A stretch of 63,101 nt of DNA, filler included, from Octopus bimaculoides (lineage: Eukaryota), in assembly GCF_001194135.2 (NCBI RefSeq). It is 5 parts of 5 records of this genome, joined end to end, with 100 filler letters (N's around TTAATTAATTAA, not from the genome) between each part and the next. Parts side by side here need not be neighbours in the genome. Positions count along the whole stretch, not along the records: positions 1 to 16,318 come from NC_068985.1; positions 16,419 to 29,639 come from NC_068983.1; 3 more parts are not named here. One strand, 5' to 3'. Of this stretch, positions 11,706 to 26,079 are shown piece after piece (position 1 is the stretch's first letter; the number at the start of each line of letters is the position of its first letter). A program made the position numbers and the translations under genes. A model generated the notes under the pieces. That model saw only the letters and a program-made list of their open reading frames with translations. It had not been told where the DNA came from and did no database searches.

Positions 11706-12534
11706 ATCACTTTTGAAATCCGTGTTGCTTATTGTTTGATTTTAATCACCCATCCCTTTGGGATGCAATATTCGGGTGCCTTCGCATAAGTACCATATTC
11801 AAGCCTTGAATCTATATATATATAGATATATATATATATACACACAGTATCATTGTCATTTAACTTACATTTTTCTTGCTGTGGGTTGGACAGATTGACA
11901 TGGAACTGGCCAGCCAGCGAGACTCAAGTCGTTTGTTATGGCATGGTTTGTACAACTGAATGCCCCTCCTAATGCCAACCACTTAACAGAATGTGCTGGT
12001 TGCTTACTATGTGGAACTGGCACCTGAAAGTACAAGACTATGTAAGGAAGACAGCAATTTTACTTAGTATGACACTAAGATAAAAGAAATACTGAATATT
12101 TTCTCTCTTACAATCATTGCCTTCTTAAAATATTTACTACAATTAACATGTCCGAGGGGCTTTTGTCTATAGTGCTTTTGTCCTACACTACATTAAGACA
12201 GGGAATTCTATCAAGGAAATTTGACTTCTATTTCAGGCAGGTTGAGCCACTGTATAAAGGCTCCCTAATAGCTTTATGTATAATTCATGTGTAGTTCTTG
12301 TTTTTTTTCAATGGTTGCCAAATACTCAAAGCTTATTTTTATTGAGTTTCTCTTGTAAAATTTACTTCAGTAAGCCTTTTGTATAGAGACTATTGATAGA
12401 ATGATTGGGATCTGCCAGCAATGGATATGTCACATGAAGAGAAGTTGGTCAACACAAAGAAATTCTCTGTCAAAAAGATAATATATGAATGATTAATGCA
12501 TTATATTCTGATTATAATTGTTAGAATGAATATC

Positions 12535-12840
12535 ATCATCATCAACATCTTCATCGTCATTTAACATTCGTTTTCCATGCTGGCATGGGTTGGACAATTT
12601 GACAGGATCTAGCAAGCCAGAAGCTCGCACCAGGCTTCACTGTCTCTTTTGGCATGGCTTTTATGGCTGGATGCTCTTCCTAACACCAACCACCTTACAA
12701 AGTGGACAGTGCATTTTGCGGGATACCAGCAAGGTCTGTTTTGGCATAGTTTTTACAGCTGGATGCCTTTCCAAACACCAACCAATTTACAATGTGAACT
12801 GGCTGCTTTTTATTTGGCACCAGCTCTGCTGGAGTCATAC
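12535..12840 (-). mobile_element. SINE copy, (GAT)n-tailed family
   Basis: CATCATC tail complement plus TGCTGGCATGGGTTGGAC...GGCTGGATGCTCTTCCTAACACCAACCAC. Confidence 0.85.
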
Positions 12841-13889
12841 AGTAATTCACTACACAAAAAATCTTCTGAGGAGGTGGGTTTGTGTCAGATGATGAGAGGT
12901 TATAGTGCGACAGAGGGACAGAAACTGGTGTGTTGGTGTAGAGGAGATAGATGGTTATCCAGTCAGAGGGAGAGATCGAAAGAGAGAAGAAAGATCAAGA
13001 ATGAGAGGGAGACTGGAAGAGAGTGAGAGTGTGAGAGAACATGAGAGAGAGGGGTGAGAGAGAGCGAGAGTGAGAAAGGTGAGAGAGAGAAAGAGAGTGG
13101 TGGTGGTGAAGTGCCAGGGCATACCTCAAGGTACAGGGATCAAAATATAAATGGGTTGGTAGAATATTTCCAAGGGTGCATGAGCAGGAAGGAGGGACTT
13201 CACATGAATGCAGAGAGCAGGGTGAAAGGGAATATGGTAACTGGTGAAACTTGGGTATATAGAGGAGGTGGGGGACAACAAGATGGCATTGATACAATGG
13301 GCAGGGTAGTGAGGACAGGATTGGGGAGCGAGAGATAATATATTCTTGTTTATTTGCACTGGAGATAATAACTACTGGAAAATTTGGTGATCAAAGACAG
13401 AAGACAAAAAGGAATGATGTAAAAGATATCTCATTACAAATTAAATATAATTTATATTTATTACATCGTTAGCACCCCAGACAAAATGCTTAGCAGCATT
13501 TCATTTGTCTTTACATCCAAAATTCAGATTCTGTAGAGGTTGACTTTGTTTTTCACCCTTTCAGGGTGATAGAATAAATACCTGTTCAACATTGGGGTTA
13601 ATGTAATCAAATAGTAGCTCCCTCGACCAAAATTTCAGGCTTTGCATCTATAGTAGAAAGTATTATATTTATTACATTTTTTTCTAGTTGAATTTGCTTG
13701 TATTTTTTCAGTGTTTCTGTGATTTTCATGTAGATGGCTGGTATTGCGGACTGCACACCTGGCAGAATGTTAGGATTCAAGGAATTAAACAAATTTCATA
13801 ATAATTTATAGCAAAGTGTTTCATGATGTTTCTTCAAAAATTTTCAGTGTATATTTAAAAATTTCATTAATTTATTATTTTTTTTATAG

Positions 13890-14138
13890 ATCCACCTGAT
13901 ATTACTGCATCAGAGAATGTGACATTATTTGAGAATCAAGCATCCATTATAAACTGTAGTGCAAAAGGAAACCCTACCCCAAAAGTGAGGTTCGAGGATG
14001 AAAATCGAAGATTTCTTTCAAACTCTGCATTAACTTTTAATCGTACAAATGTCAGTAAAGTTTTCTGTGCTGCCATTGCAAAGAGCAAAAAGCATGGAAA
14101 TTTGACATCTAGAAAGGAAATTAATATCCTGCTGAAAT
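13890..14138 (+). CDS. Internal exon encoding an Ig-like (I-set-like) extracellular domain
   Basis: tttttatAG|AT...T|GTatgt, 249 nt, phase 1/1, open: PPDITASENVTLFENQASIINCSAKGNPTPKVRF...KVFCAAIAKSKKHGNLTSRKEINILLK; CxAxGNPxP motif, second Cys, five N-glycosylation sequons. Confidence 0.85.
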
Positions 14139-14399
14139 GTATGTTCAATATAAATATTTGTTCTTCCTCCCCCTCCTCCTCTTCCTCTTCTTCCTCATCC
14201 TCCTACTACTACTGCTGTGACTAATATCCTCACCATCATCAAATGTCTTTTACTTCTTTGTATAAATTCTCAGATTGAGTGGCATATTGTGTCCTTGGGC
14301 AAAGTACATCATTTTACATTGCTCTAGTCTACTCAGCTTAAAATTACTACCAGCTAAGTGCTGGTGTAGCCCCGTCTCTCTCTTCGGCCAGCAGCTCCT

Positions 14400-14870
14400 T
14401 GATGATCTGCTGGGTCAAGGATGGGTAAACTGAGTCTCCTCATGATTGCATAAGTGTCTAAAATCATCTTCACTTGTGAGTGACACACATGGATTTGTCA
14501 TATTCTTACCATCTCTAAGCATCCCTGTGTCGATGGCATATAAAAAACACCATTGGAGCATGGTCATTGCCAGTGCTGCCCGACTGGCTCCTGTTCCGGT
14601 GGCACATAAAAAGCACCATTCAAGGTGGTCGATACCAGTATCGCCTGACTGGCCCTCATACTGGTGGTACATAAAAAGCACCCACTACACTCTCAGAGTG
14701 GTTGGCATTCGGAAAGGCATCCAGCTGTGGAAACCTTGCCAGATCAGATTGGAGCCTGGTGCAGCCTTCTGGCTTGCCAGTCCTCAGTCAAACCGTCCAA
14801 TGCATGCCAGCATGGAAAGTGGACGTTAAACGATGATGATGATGATGATCATCATCATCATCATCATCAT
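14400..14870 (+). mobile_element. SINE copy, (GAT)n-tailed family (longer copy)
   Basis: Internal CACATAAAAAGCACC repeats; ends GGACGTTAAACGATGATGAT; near-identical organisation at 29320-29620. Confidence 0.85.
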
Positions 14871-16318
14871 TATCCTCATTATCTTATGCCTATTTTTTCC
14901 ATACTGGCATGAGTTAGAAGGATTTATTCCACCTCAGCCCTTGCCACTTGTCATAGTCCATCATCATCTGATACTCCTACATCATCTGTATCTGGTGTAT
15001 ATGATTTTTTTTTTTCATCATGATGGTGGGGTTGTGATAGGTTTTACAGCTGAATGCCCTTCCTATCACCAATCATTCTGCAATGGAGTTCAATCTTTTT
15101 GATCAGTAAAGTGGGTAATTATTTAAGGACGGCGTCTAGTTATGAAATCAGTACTACTTCATCAATTAAGAGTAAGGAAAAGTAAAGTCAGCCTGTGTGG
15201 AACTGAAGAAGACAAAACTGATTAATATTAAGGTCATAGTCACTATAAAAGGTAGGTTTCACAATTTCTGGTAATATATCCTGAAAACCCATATAACCTA
15301 ACTGAAACAGCATCCCAAAGACTACCTTTCCCCTTCAGAAGTAGAAAATATTTCAGCTTTTGAGCAATTACTGATTTTCTACAGAATTCAAGTAAGATCC
15401 ACAAAGAATTACTGCTGCTACACCCGGGACAGATTTGCTATTATGTCTCTTACACCCAGGACAGATTTGCTCAGTGAAAGCCACACTAATTGGTAATGAC
15501 ACAGTAACCCATACCATCTCTCGCCTATACATGTGCTTCTCTCTGATTCTTCTATTATTATTGCTCTGATCGTTGCTCCTAGCTTTGAACAACCTCCATC
15601 CATGTTCACCCAATACATCTATCTCTCCCATTCATCTTGTCAATACTGTATTTCATTGACCACTATGCATAATCAAACCTTCTTAGAGTTGAACTCTGTG
15701 AAATTCCCTTCCCACCTATGACTTGCCTGTAGGTATTGATGTGTAAAACTGAACATAAACTGTATCAGTCTTACCAGTCTTAGAGAGTTTGTGAAAAATA
15801 ATGTCTGCAGCTACTTTTTGTTAACTGATCTCTAAAAAAATCATTAATCTAACACTGACCCTGCTGTATTCACTCTATTTACTTTGAGAATTATGTTAAT
15901 GAAACCCATTCTATGCAATCTTGTTGAGTTTCAAAAGAACTTCCTCAGATTAAGAGCATGACCTGTAAATATGAACAAAAAAAACTGAAAAATGATTTGG
16001 GTTTCTTGATCCTTTATTTTACTAAGGCATTTATTGTGACCAAACATCACATCAGTTTCTCCAGTTTAAATGAATATAGGTGTTTGTAATTTTTCTGGTC
16101 TCTAAAGTCCATATTTTGCTCTCTACTTCTAATGGTGTATTCTGTAAACATCTACAACAGCCCAATTTCTAAATATTGATATCCTTTTTACTAGGTTTTA
16201 AGTGGGCAAATTTAATTTCTCCTGTAATATTTCAGTATTCTTATCCACTATTAATGGATAGATAGGTGTCAAATTTATGTTTTACAGAGACATGTTTAAT
16301 TGAGATATCTCTCCCTAG

Positions 16319-16418
16319 NNNNNNNNNNNNNNNNNNNNNNNNNNNNNNNNNNNNNNNNNNNNTTAATTAATTAANNNNNNNNNNNNNNNNNNNNNNNNNN
16401 NNNNNNNNNNNNNNNNNN
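16319..16418. other. Artificial scaffold linker 44N-TTAATTAATTAA-44N
   Basis: Identical 100-bp construct also at 29640-29739, 48778-48877 and 61516-61615; stops in all six frames. Confidence 0.9.
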
Positions 16419-17063
16419 CATATATATATACACACACAAAGGGGTTCTTTCAGTTTCCATCTACCAAATTCACTCACAAACCTTTGGTCAGTCTGAGGCT
16501 ATAGTAGAAGACACTCGCCCAAGGTGCCACACAATGAGACAGAACCGAGAATCATCTTACCACACAGCCACACCTATATCACCCATCCTTGCACTTATAT
16601 CAGCCACGCCAGCACCTGTGTATATATAGATGTATACATCTATGGGGGTGTATGTGTTTGGGTCATGTTTGTCCACCATTACCACTTGAGAACTGGTGTT
16701 GGTCTGTTTACATCTGTGTAACTTGGCATTTCAGCAAAATAGATCAATAAAATAAGTATCAGGTTTTAAGAAAAAGAAGTACTGAGGTTGATTTGTTTGA
16801 TAAAACTCTTCAGTCAGTGCTCAGCATGCAGTCCAGTGACTCAAATAAGTAAAATATGATTTCTCTGTGATCATTTCAACATCTGAGCTACCACACATGT
16901 GTAGCTCAATATTCAGTGTCAATTTGATGTAGGTAGAGAGTTTATGTGCAATGCAAACATTTGATCACTCTAAACAAATCTTCTGTGTTATTTTTTGGCA
17001 AGAAATTTCAGAAATCCCAGTTGTAGTCCTAATGATCCAAGAGTCCATAATATATATATATAT

Positions 17064-17118
<55 letters not shown>

Positions 17119-17721
17119 TGTATATATCTATAATATATGTATCATCACCATCATCATCATGTATGTATGTATGCATGCATGCACATAAATGTGTAGAAAT
17201 TAGGAAGCCAGAAATTGAAGCTAGTGAAGTCATAGATATTCTCCAACAACTACTTCTGACTTTTTCAGAGGTATAGCAAGGAGCCAGGTTCTGCTACCAG
17301 ACATATAGCATCTCAGCAGTAATCCTCTCTGGCCAGGGATTGAGCCTAAGGCCCTGTTCAAAGACCTGGGGATGAATTCCAGTGTATGGCTGCAGTTAGA
17401 ACACCTGTGTCCTTTCTTGCCAGTCACAAAATCATAGTCTCCTTTGCAGCTGCCTATGTCATGTCTTAAAGTTTACAGTGTTCACAAAGCACTGAGCTGC
17501 AGTTATGATGTTGGCATTTTGATATGCGTTGTGAATCATCATGACACAGATAACTCTATTCCAATAATCTGATGGCTTCTAGTCCTCCATGTCAGCTAAC
17601 TTTTTCTCAACTGCTACTCTAATCTTTATGATCTTTGATTATTTACCAATACTCCAATGTTTTTGTAAAGAGGAGGGATAAAATATTGTCAAATTTAAAC
17701 AAAACGCCCTCTGTGTGTGTA

Positions 17722-17767
<46 letters not shown>

Positions 17768-17989
17768 AAAATGTAGGAATGGATTAGATCAAATCCAGGT
17801 TACATATGTTTAATAGCTAGTGAAACCTTGGAAGTAGTAAATTATGCAAATGAGGGGCAGACCACAAGCTGTTCTTTGGGCCAAGGATACTTTGATTATA
17901 TGAAGTTTACATCGTCGTTGGGAGATTCGATCAAAATGCAAAATGCAATATATATACCAAAGGCAATGGAAAAGTTTGCATAAAATTTA

Positions 17990-18620
17990 TATTAACTGAC
18001 ATAGGTCTTTCAAATTACAAATGATGAAGTAATTTTTCTGCTGTACTACTCAACATAGTCTCCATCACAAGTGATGCATTTGTGCTATTGTTGATCCCAA
18101 CTCACAAATTCTCTTAGAATAATTCAGGGGTGCCCCGTTTTACTCTCTTTTTCACAACCACTTTCACTTCATATGTTTCAACAAATCATAGTCCCTGATT
18201 ACTGTTTATCTTTGGTTTTTCTTTCAATGGTGGAAATTGGAGAATATCAGTTCTAGGCTCTATGGTAGTTGAGGGAGCACTAAATCATCCCAATTTACTT
18301 ATGGACTAATTTGTTGTCAAAAATGCTTGAAGCTTCACATTATAGGATTTTTCATATTCTTGTTTTAGGATTTCCTCCTAATGGCTTCTAGTGTGTCTCA
18401 AGCTTTTGGTATGTCAGTGCTGTTCACAGCATAGTCACATTCTAGAAAATCAAGAAAAATTACCCTCTTGCCATCCACAATAATAGTCACCATGATTTAC
18501 TGCTTTGATCACTGGTTCTTAAACTTCTTCAGCCTTGGAGAAGCTGATGTGGCATCATTCCTTGGACTTGATCCTTCATTTTCAGATCATAAAGATGTGG
18601 CTTTTTTGCATTCTCTGCCC
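17990..18620 (-). mobile_element. Decayed mariner transposase
   Basis: SPRLKKFKNQ*SKQ*IMVTIIVDGKRVIFLDFLE..VNS, P*SLELIFSNFH (PYSPDLAPSDF-like), HKCITCDGDYVE C-terminus. Confidence 0.85.
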
Positions 18621-19176
18621 ATCTCTTAAACATTTAACATGAAAAATAAGGAAGCAAGTGAGCTGAGGATCATTTATAGCGGGTATCAAAATGTTGTATA
18701 TTAAGACTAGTACTCATAAAAATGTTTTTCATCCAAAAAGAAATGTTGTATCACTAGTATTAGTATAAGGAAGACCTTCATATAGCACTTGCATTAAGAA
18801 AATTTAAACGTCAAGAATGATTTGTAGATTTATCACTTGTAAATTGTTTTAAAAACTGCCCCAATACAAATTTTTTAAAGAAAATACTGAGATTCAGTTC
18901 TTAAACAATAATTTCCACAACTATAATTCTATATTTATATGTAGTGTGTGTGTGTATACATTTATGCATGTATACACACAGACATTCATTCATACATACA
19001 TACCCACATACATATGTATGTATTGATGAAATAATTTAAGACTGTAAAAATCATGTTATTAAAATTTTTTCACACATTACAAGACAGTTTGTTAAACATA
19101 TCTACTATGTAAGCATATAATCTAAAATGTGGTAGTGTCAAAGTGACTCCTGTTAGAAGTTTACAAAATATGTTTA

Positions 19177-19505
19177 CTACAGACAAAATTCTAGTAAGGG
19201 TGATAGTAATTTTGTAAAGGTGTAAAACTTGGCAAATAGCAAATTATTGTTTTCTGTTAGTGATAATGATGGGCAGAAAGAGAAAAATTGAAAAGTTGGT
19301 TGATATATTTGTGGCAAATAACCAAAAGGCTCAGTTTCATTTAAGGAGAGAAAATTGTCTGATGTTTTGTGGTTGAATGACTTTTTGGCTTGTGTAATGT
19401 CAAATTTTGGCATGATTTCATGTTTGAGGAAGATAAACTCATTGTTGGAGGTGCTAAAGAGAAGCCTTAGGGAGATATTCTGTTGCAAAAACAGAAATTG
19501 ATGTA
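19177..19505 (-). CDS. Candidate terminal exon of an unidentified gene
   Basis: ttcttctcaactAG acceptor, about 109 open codons (HQFLFLQQNISLRLLFSTS...EFCL*); phase-compatible upstream candidates 20023-20107 and 20243-20295; no domain recognised. Confidence 0.3.
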
Positions 19506-21776
19506 CTAGTTGAGAAGAAATATTTTGGGAACAAGTTCAAATGTTTAACAATTATAATTCTGAGAAATATTTCAACTGATAAATTATGTATATTGAAATG
19601 TTTCCATGTTTGCATCACAAAATATGTTTTGATATCTGCTTCTAGATTATGTGAAACTAATTTTCTGAAGACTTTAAAGTTTGAAATTTAAATCTTTTCA
19701 TGCACTTATTTTAATCTAGTATAATGGATGTGTAGATGTGCTTTTCTTAATATCTTTTACATAACCACAAATTAAGACTAGTTAATTGGTGTTAGTTTAG
19801 TGAACTGATATAAAGTAATTTAATTGCCATAGGCACGACTCAAACATTAGCTGCTACTCTTTTTTCTCCTATTACTCAAACCAAATAATCTGCTCAGTCA
19901 AACAGTTGATACTCATTTTATTTGCTCCATTAGCATATAATTGTATATCTTTAAGCATATATCCTTTTGAATCCCTTTGGTAAAGCTCATATCGACAATA
20001 ACATCAAAATTATTTGCTTCACCTTGATCTGTTTCATGAAGACTGGCGTATTTAGGTTGAAATGAAGTAAAGTGCTGATGCAGTTGTTTGACTGCTGATT
20101 TTTGGTGCTGGACTCAATTATGAAAATAAAGCTAATCTATTACTCATTTTATCAATAATAAACTATTAGTAACTTTAAACATGATCTTTAGGAAAGATTT
20201 GTTTACGAAAAGAAGAATATAGATAATTTCCTTCTTATCAACCTGCCTGAGACCTTCATTGGTTCTTGGGAACAGACTTCCTATATTAAAGTGACCTAAA
20301 TTAAAACTTACCATTAAAATTTCATGTTAGCTTATGTCCCAACCTAAGCTTAATAACGACAAAGCTATTTTACTATAGTGTTCATTATATTTGAAATCTA
20401 TTGAAAGAAAAATGAGTTTTTCAACAGCAATACAGTAATAAAAAAAGTTAAAAAGAGTTATTAAATTTCACCTGATTTTCTAATCTTCACTAAAAAGTAT
20501 GGAAAATATTTTTCTTCCCGGTGTATGTCATTCATTGATAGACAAAATGTAGTTGACTGACATTAAAGGAATGTTTTTAAGAAGAATAACTAGTAATATT
20601 CCTTTTGAATGGGTACATAGGATTAAAGATGCAAGATTGAAGGTAATTTAGATAAGTGAAATAAATGCTGGAGCTCAAATAAGAATGTCAACATCGATGA
20701 AGTGGAATTTAGAAAGAAAACTTTAAGTACAACCCAAACTGTATGACTGTGAGTAGAATTCTGATGAGATATATTAACTTCACATTGAAAGCATTCACTT
20801 GAGAGGTTTTTATGCTAAAATCTGTCAAAATCATTTCTATGAAAACTCCTCATAATATTCACTTATATTTTTCTATTGTTAACTGAAAGGAAACCATACT
20901 TGGTGAGTACTTGGGAGGTCATAACATTTAAGATATTTGACTAAGAAAATTCAATTTTAACTTTCATATGTAGAGATGAGTAACACAAATGTTTTAAATT
21001 TTATCTTTACCAGCAACTGTCATTGATTTAACAATTTGATCTTGATTACCTCTGATATTCTAACACCATGAGTTTTCAGTAGATAATCCTTTACTGCAAA
21101 ATATTGAAATCAAATATTGATTTCTAACTGCAGCACTCTCAGAAATTGGTAGAGGAGAGCTATAGTTGATTAGATCGGTCAGTACTTTACGAGTACTTAT
21201 TTTATTGACCCTGGCTGAATAATAAACAAAAGCAATACCAGTGGAATTTGAGCTTAAAATGTAGAGAAATACAATTGAGTAAAACAATTGTTTCTGTCAA
21301 AGACCACATTTTCAAAAGAAAACAAAAAAATATTAGGGTTTCACATTTTACTATGAATGAAGTAAAAAAATTTTCGATTTCCACTGCTTGTTCCAAAATA
21401 TGTTATTCAAATGATCCTAATATTTCAGTAAATCTTTTTATAACAAATGATAGACAATACTTATATTTAAATTAAAATCATAGCATATAAAAATATAGGG
21501 TATTGTGAAGAAAACTGTATCAATTTTAAAATGTTTAAATTTCAAGTTTAATGTGCATCATTAAATTACATTGTTGCTACCAGATTACTTCAAATGTAAT
21601 TTTATACTTGTAAATAATTATTTTAATGTTGGCATGAAACTGTGGTTTATGAGAAAAGCCCAAATGTTTGCCTTTATTATTATCATTCAAATTGGTAGAA
21701 CTTTAGTTTCTGCGTTAGAAACCTGCTCCCTCCCTCTAAGATGAATACTAATAAATAAATAAAAATGAAAAGACAT

Positions 21777-21825
<49 letters not shown>

Positions 21826-22208
21826 ACACCACACCACACTTGCACACACACCTGGATCTCATAATTTGTTTTAATTCAACATAAAAATACTGGTTGCTCA
21901 GTTGAATATTCCATCAGGAGTCAAAATCAAGTGTTTTGAAAAGTGCTTAAGAAGACTTTTGGAAGGTGTGTGTATATGGAGATATCTAGTATTCTAAATG
22001 AGATAAGGCACTGCAAGTCTGTTGTTTGATTCATGTTTGAATTAGGCACAAAGATGGAGAAACATGCAGAGGGGAGTAGAGATGTATTTATTGTAGATTT
22101 TGTCCCAGTAGATGAAAGTAAGGTCATGGGCATAAATGACAATTCTGATTTTGATTACTGCAAAGTTAAATATTTTGTTCTCATTTGGTGTAGTGATTTT
22201 TTTCTCAG

Positions 22209-22363
22209 ATAATATGGTCTGTTATGAGTTGATTTTTTTAATACGAATTTTAATGAGGATAGCTGTATTATATGCATTACTTAAAAGCAGCTTTTATATA
22301 CCGGAGAGTTTGAAGAATACCAATAACCAATCATATTTTGACTTCTATGACAACATAGAAAAG
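22209..22363 (+). CDS. Candidate exon (hydrophobic segment + Tyr motifs)
   Basis: tttttttctcAG|AT...AAG|GTtact, phase 1/0, inside a 137-codon ORF: NMVCYELIFLIRILMRIAVLYALLKSSFYIPESLKNTNNQSYFDFYDNIEK. Confidence 0.3.
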
Positions 22364-25300
22364 GTTACTTGGTTAACATCACATTTATGTGCGAAGTACT
22401 GTTCGTCGATTTTAATCAGACTGAAACACAACACATGTGCACAACACATTCAAATTTTCACTTATTTACCTTCTCACATACATTGTAATTATATCAATAT
22501 ACAATGTAAACACTTTTGTGAAACAGGAAATAAATATCAAAACAAATAATGTAGTGAATTTAAACAAAGTGAACTGAAATAATACATAATTAAATTTTAT
22601 AATTATTTGATAAATGACTAAAGCCAAACTAAACAGCCTTTAGTCATGGAATTCTAATCGTATGAGATTATCACACAAATAAAACATTTTTAGATAGTCA
22701 AAATATTTTTTCACATTGAAACAAAACTGTTGCAAAAACAGTTATTTTCTATTCAAACAATACAACTAATTAGAAATTAATTGTTATGGCAACTTTCCTG
22801 TGATTAAGAAAATCACACATTAATGTATAATGAAAAGAAAAATTAAATCTAAACTAATTGTATTTTTTTTTTAACCAAAGGCCAATGTAAATTGTTCAGT
22901 AGGAAGTTTTATGATGTAATACTTTAAACATACATGCATTCTTTTGTGTTCTACATCTTAATAATGTTTTAATAAGTTTACATATTCTAGGATCTTGCAC
23001 AGTGATGTGTTTGTAGAATTGTTTACTACTAGAACTAAATGTATATAACCTACAAGGATCAATTCAATCAACCGTAAATCTAAGTCAAAAAGTTAATACT
23101 AGAGGCTTTATATTTTAATCAGTGAGCTTACTGGTGCTTATCATCCTTTGGTACACAAGCAGTAGGATGGGAGATAAAGAGAATGATAGTAGAATGGTAC
23201 ATTGGTTGGAGAGGAAATGACTGATGAGGAAGTAACAAAATGAATGAAAGAATAACAAATGGTAGATTAATATGAATATAAAGGTGAGAAAGATCCAAAT
23301 GTAGATAGTATACATTGTAATTTCCATTATCTCTGCAATCATAAAATTTTAAGTTTGGTTCTCCAAGCTTTTGTGGGTGGGACAAGTTTTTCCAGCATAG
23401 TATTTTACACCATATCACAGTCCTTTGTCATTTCCTTCATGAGTTTCAGATCTTCATTTCGTATCTTCTATGGTTTTCATGTATGCAACTCTTCATTATG
23501 CAATTAACATCTTCCATAAACATCATATACCTGTGCAAGAATTGTCTTCTCTCTCCTAAATTTAAGTTTAGCTAAACTATTGCTCCATCTTGAGGGTGGA
23601 GGTAAAGAAAATGATCGTAGCCAAGTTGAAAAAGCTGTCATAGACAGATAAGTGGGATCCAACAGGAATGAAAATAAAAATATATAAAAACAAAATTATA
23701 AAAATTATAAAATTACAAATAAAATTAAAACATTATACACTTTTAACACATTAAACATGATAAACAATTAAAAGTCACTTTTTAAAATTGCCAGATTTCA
23801 CTGAAATAGATAGTTAATTCTGGGATACCCTGTATAAAATCATCATTATCATTATTCTTTGCTAGCTTTCCATGCTGTAGTGGTACAAGTATTAGTGAAG
23901 GTGTTTTACTCCATAAGAGTAGAGGGTCCTCACCTCTCTGTGTTCATTAATTCAAAGCTACAAAGTTGAGAAACTGAAGAGAACAAGGGTGGCAGATGAA
24001 CCAGGGTAGGTGGGAAAAGAAAGCAAAAGTGTGATAGTAGAAACAGAGTGATTGAAATGAGAGGGTGGTTCAAAAGCTGAGTGAGTGATATGTAGTAAAA
24101 GTTGAATAAAGAGTGAGATTGAATGATTGATGTTAATACCAAGTAACCTGATTGAGTAACCTATATGATACATATTTTTTTCTTTATTACTTTACATGTT
24201 TCAGCTCTAAGGTTGTAGTCGTGCTGGGGCACTGTGTGTGTGTGTGTGTGTGTGTGCATAAATACACTGACATGCATACACTCATATGTTCCTTGGTTTG
24301 TGATTATAATTTACATTATACAATAACCATAGATGACATAAATTATTATTATTGAAACTCACATTAAATTATATGTAATCAGTTTACTTTAGAATTTCTG
24401 TTCCAAAATCTGGTTCAATTTTATATAGTAAAAAAGTCAATCTATGTAAGTGTACATTTGATCTTAAAATTTCTAAGAATTCATTGTTCAAATAATTTTT
24501 ATTTAAGAGCTTTCTTATTCTTTATTTTTCAAATCATTTTCATAATTCTTTAAGCAGAAAGGAATTAAAATTTTCAAAATATATCATTGGGATGTTAATG
24601 TCAATCACTTATTTAAAACAACAATTTGTTCTTGTTTAAAATACATTATGCTTCATAGAATTAGTACTTTTGTTAATGTTTGATACTCTTTTACATACAT
24701 GTGCTGAATGATTTTTCATTAATTTTTTAGTCTTTCATTAGTAATGAATTGCTAATTGTGTGTGATGTTATATTTTAGTTTCCTTCTCGTAGTTAGTACA
24801 GGCTTTATTTATTATTAACTTTTATATAAACATTTTACTGCTTCATTTTATTTTCATGCTACTCTGCAGCAAATTTTGCCATAACTTTTGTGTCTGAATT
24901 CAGTTTTGTAGATATATGTCAAGTTGATAACATATGATAACCATATTTCTTCAGTTCCTTTATTCTGTTTTCATTGATAGGAATAAATAATTCACATTGA
25001 CTACATAACATCCATCTATATTTGTCCTATATAAATATTATTCTAGTTTTTCTTACACTCATACATACATGTGTGTGTATATATATATATTTATGCAAAA
25101 AATAAAGATCCAATTCAATTATAAATATTATATAAACTTAACAATATTTTGTGAAAGTCCATTTCATCTCTATGTGATTGCTGCATTAGCTTTCTTAATT
25201 CACACCCTACTATCTTAGATAAGGAGAAGATACACTAGAAGATGTAATCATAATTTCTCCACAAAACACAGGACGATTACGACTAGAATGCTTTTGATCA

Positions 25301-26013
25301 TAGAGGCACTTTGGCAGAGTTGAGCTGGGATTAAACCACAACTACTAATGTAAAATCAACAATTATACAGTTCAAAGAAATCTTACAGCAATTCAAACAG
25401 AACCAATGAGAAATGTTCCCAAACTGTTAAAAAAAATATTACCATAGTTTTATTGTTCAACTTGAATAGAAATAATGTATATTTTAACATATCTTTATGA
25501 AAGTCTCTTTTTAATGATAATATGAAAAGTAATTGTCAAAATTAACATAGATTATATTTGATTGTCAAAGGATTTTTTATTTTTACAAGCTTACTTTTTC
25601 TCTCTTCTTTTGTTTCGCTTTATGTGGTTCAGTTTTTAAGTATTAATAATATTTAGATATGATTTCTAGTTGGCATCATAGTAATTTTTGTTTTGAAGAT
25701 TCTTGTTGACATTAACAAATTCATAAACAATTTTGCTGTGAATTATGTGTGTCAATTAACAATATTTTGCTCTCAGTAGAAATTAATGCTTTCTTTAATT
25801 TCATTGGGCTTAATTTCTTTGCTGACATTGATTTTAGATTTTTTTTACTTATATTCTAATAACAATCACACATACTTCCTATTAAGTTATTTGTATCTCA
25901 GCTTATTGCTCAACAAACCAATTGCTTTACCTTACTAACAAGGTTCAATAAGCTGTCAAAAATATACACCCATTTCTCTATCTCTGTCTCTCTCTCTCTC
26001 TCTTTCTTCACAG

Positions 26014-26079
26014 TTTCCCACACAGAGATTCGCACGGAAGGCTTCCTCAGCCAACTCTCTACGTCTGAGTCCACCTAAG
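26014..26079 (+). CDS. Short internal exon, product unknown
   Basis: Long (CT)n tract + cttcacAG acceptor, strong AAG|GTAAGC donor, 66 nt, only phase 0 open: FPTQRFARKASSANSLRLSPPK. Confidence 0.6.

Noticed and set aside
20756-20800. CTGATGA...GAAA match
   Set aside because: No stem I and a weak stem II; expected by chance.
22369-22580. Minus-strand exon pair FTLFKF.../LIKIDEQYFAHKCDVNQ
   Set aside because: Needs a 49-nt intron and conflicts with the + strand candidate; unsupported.
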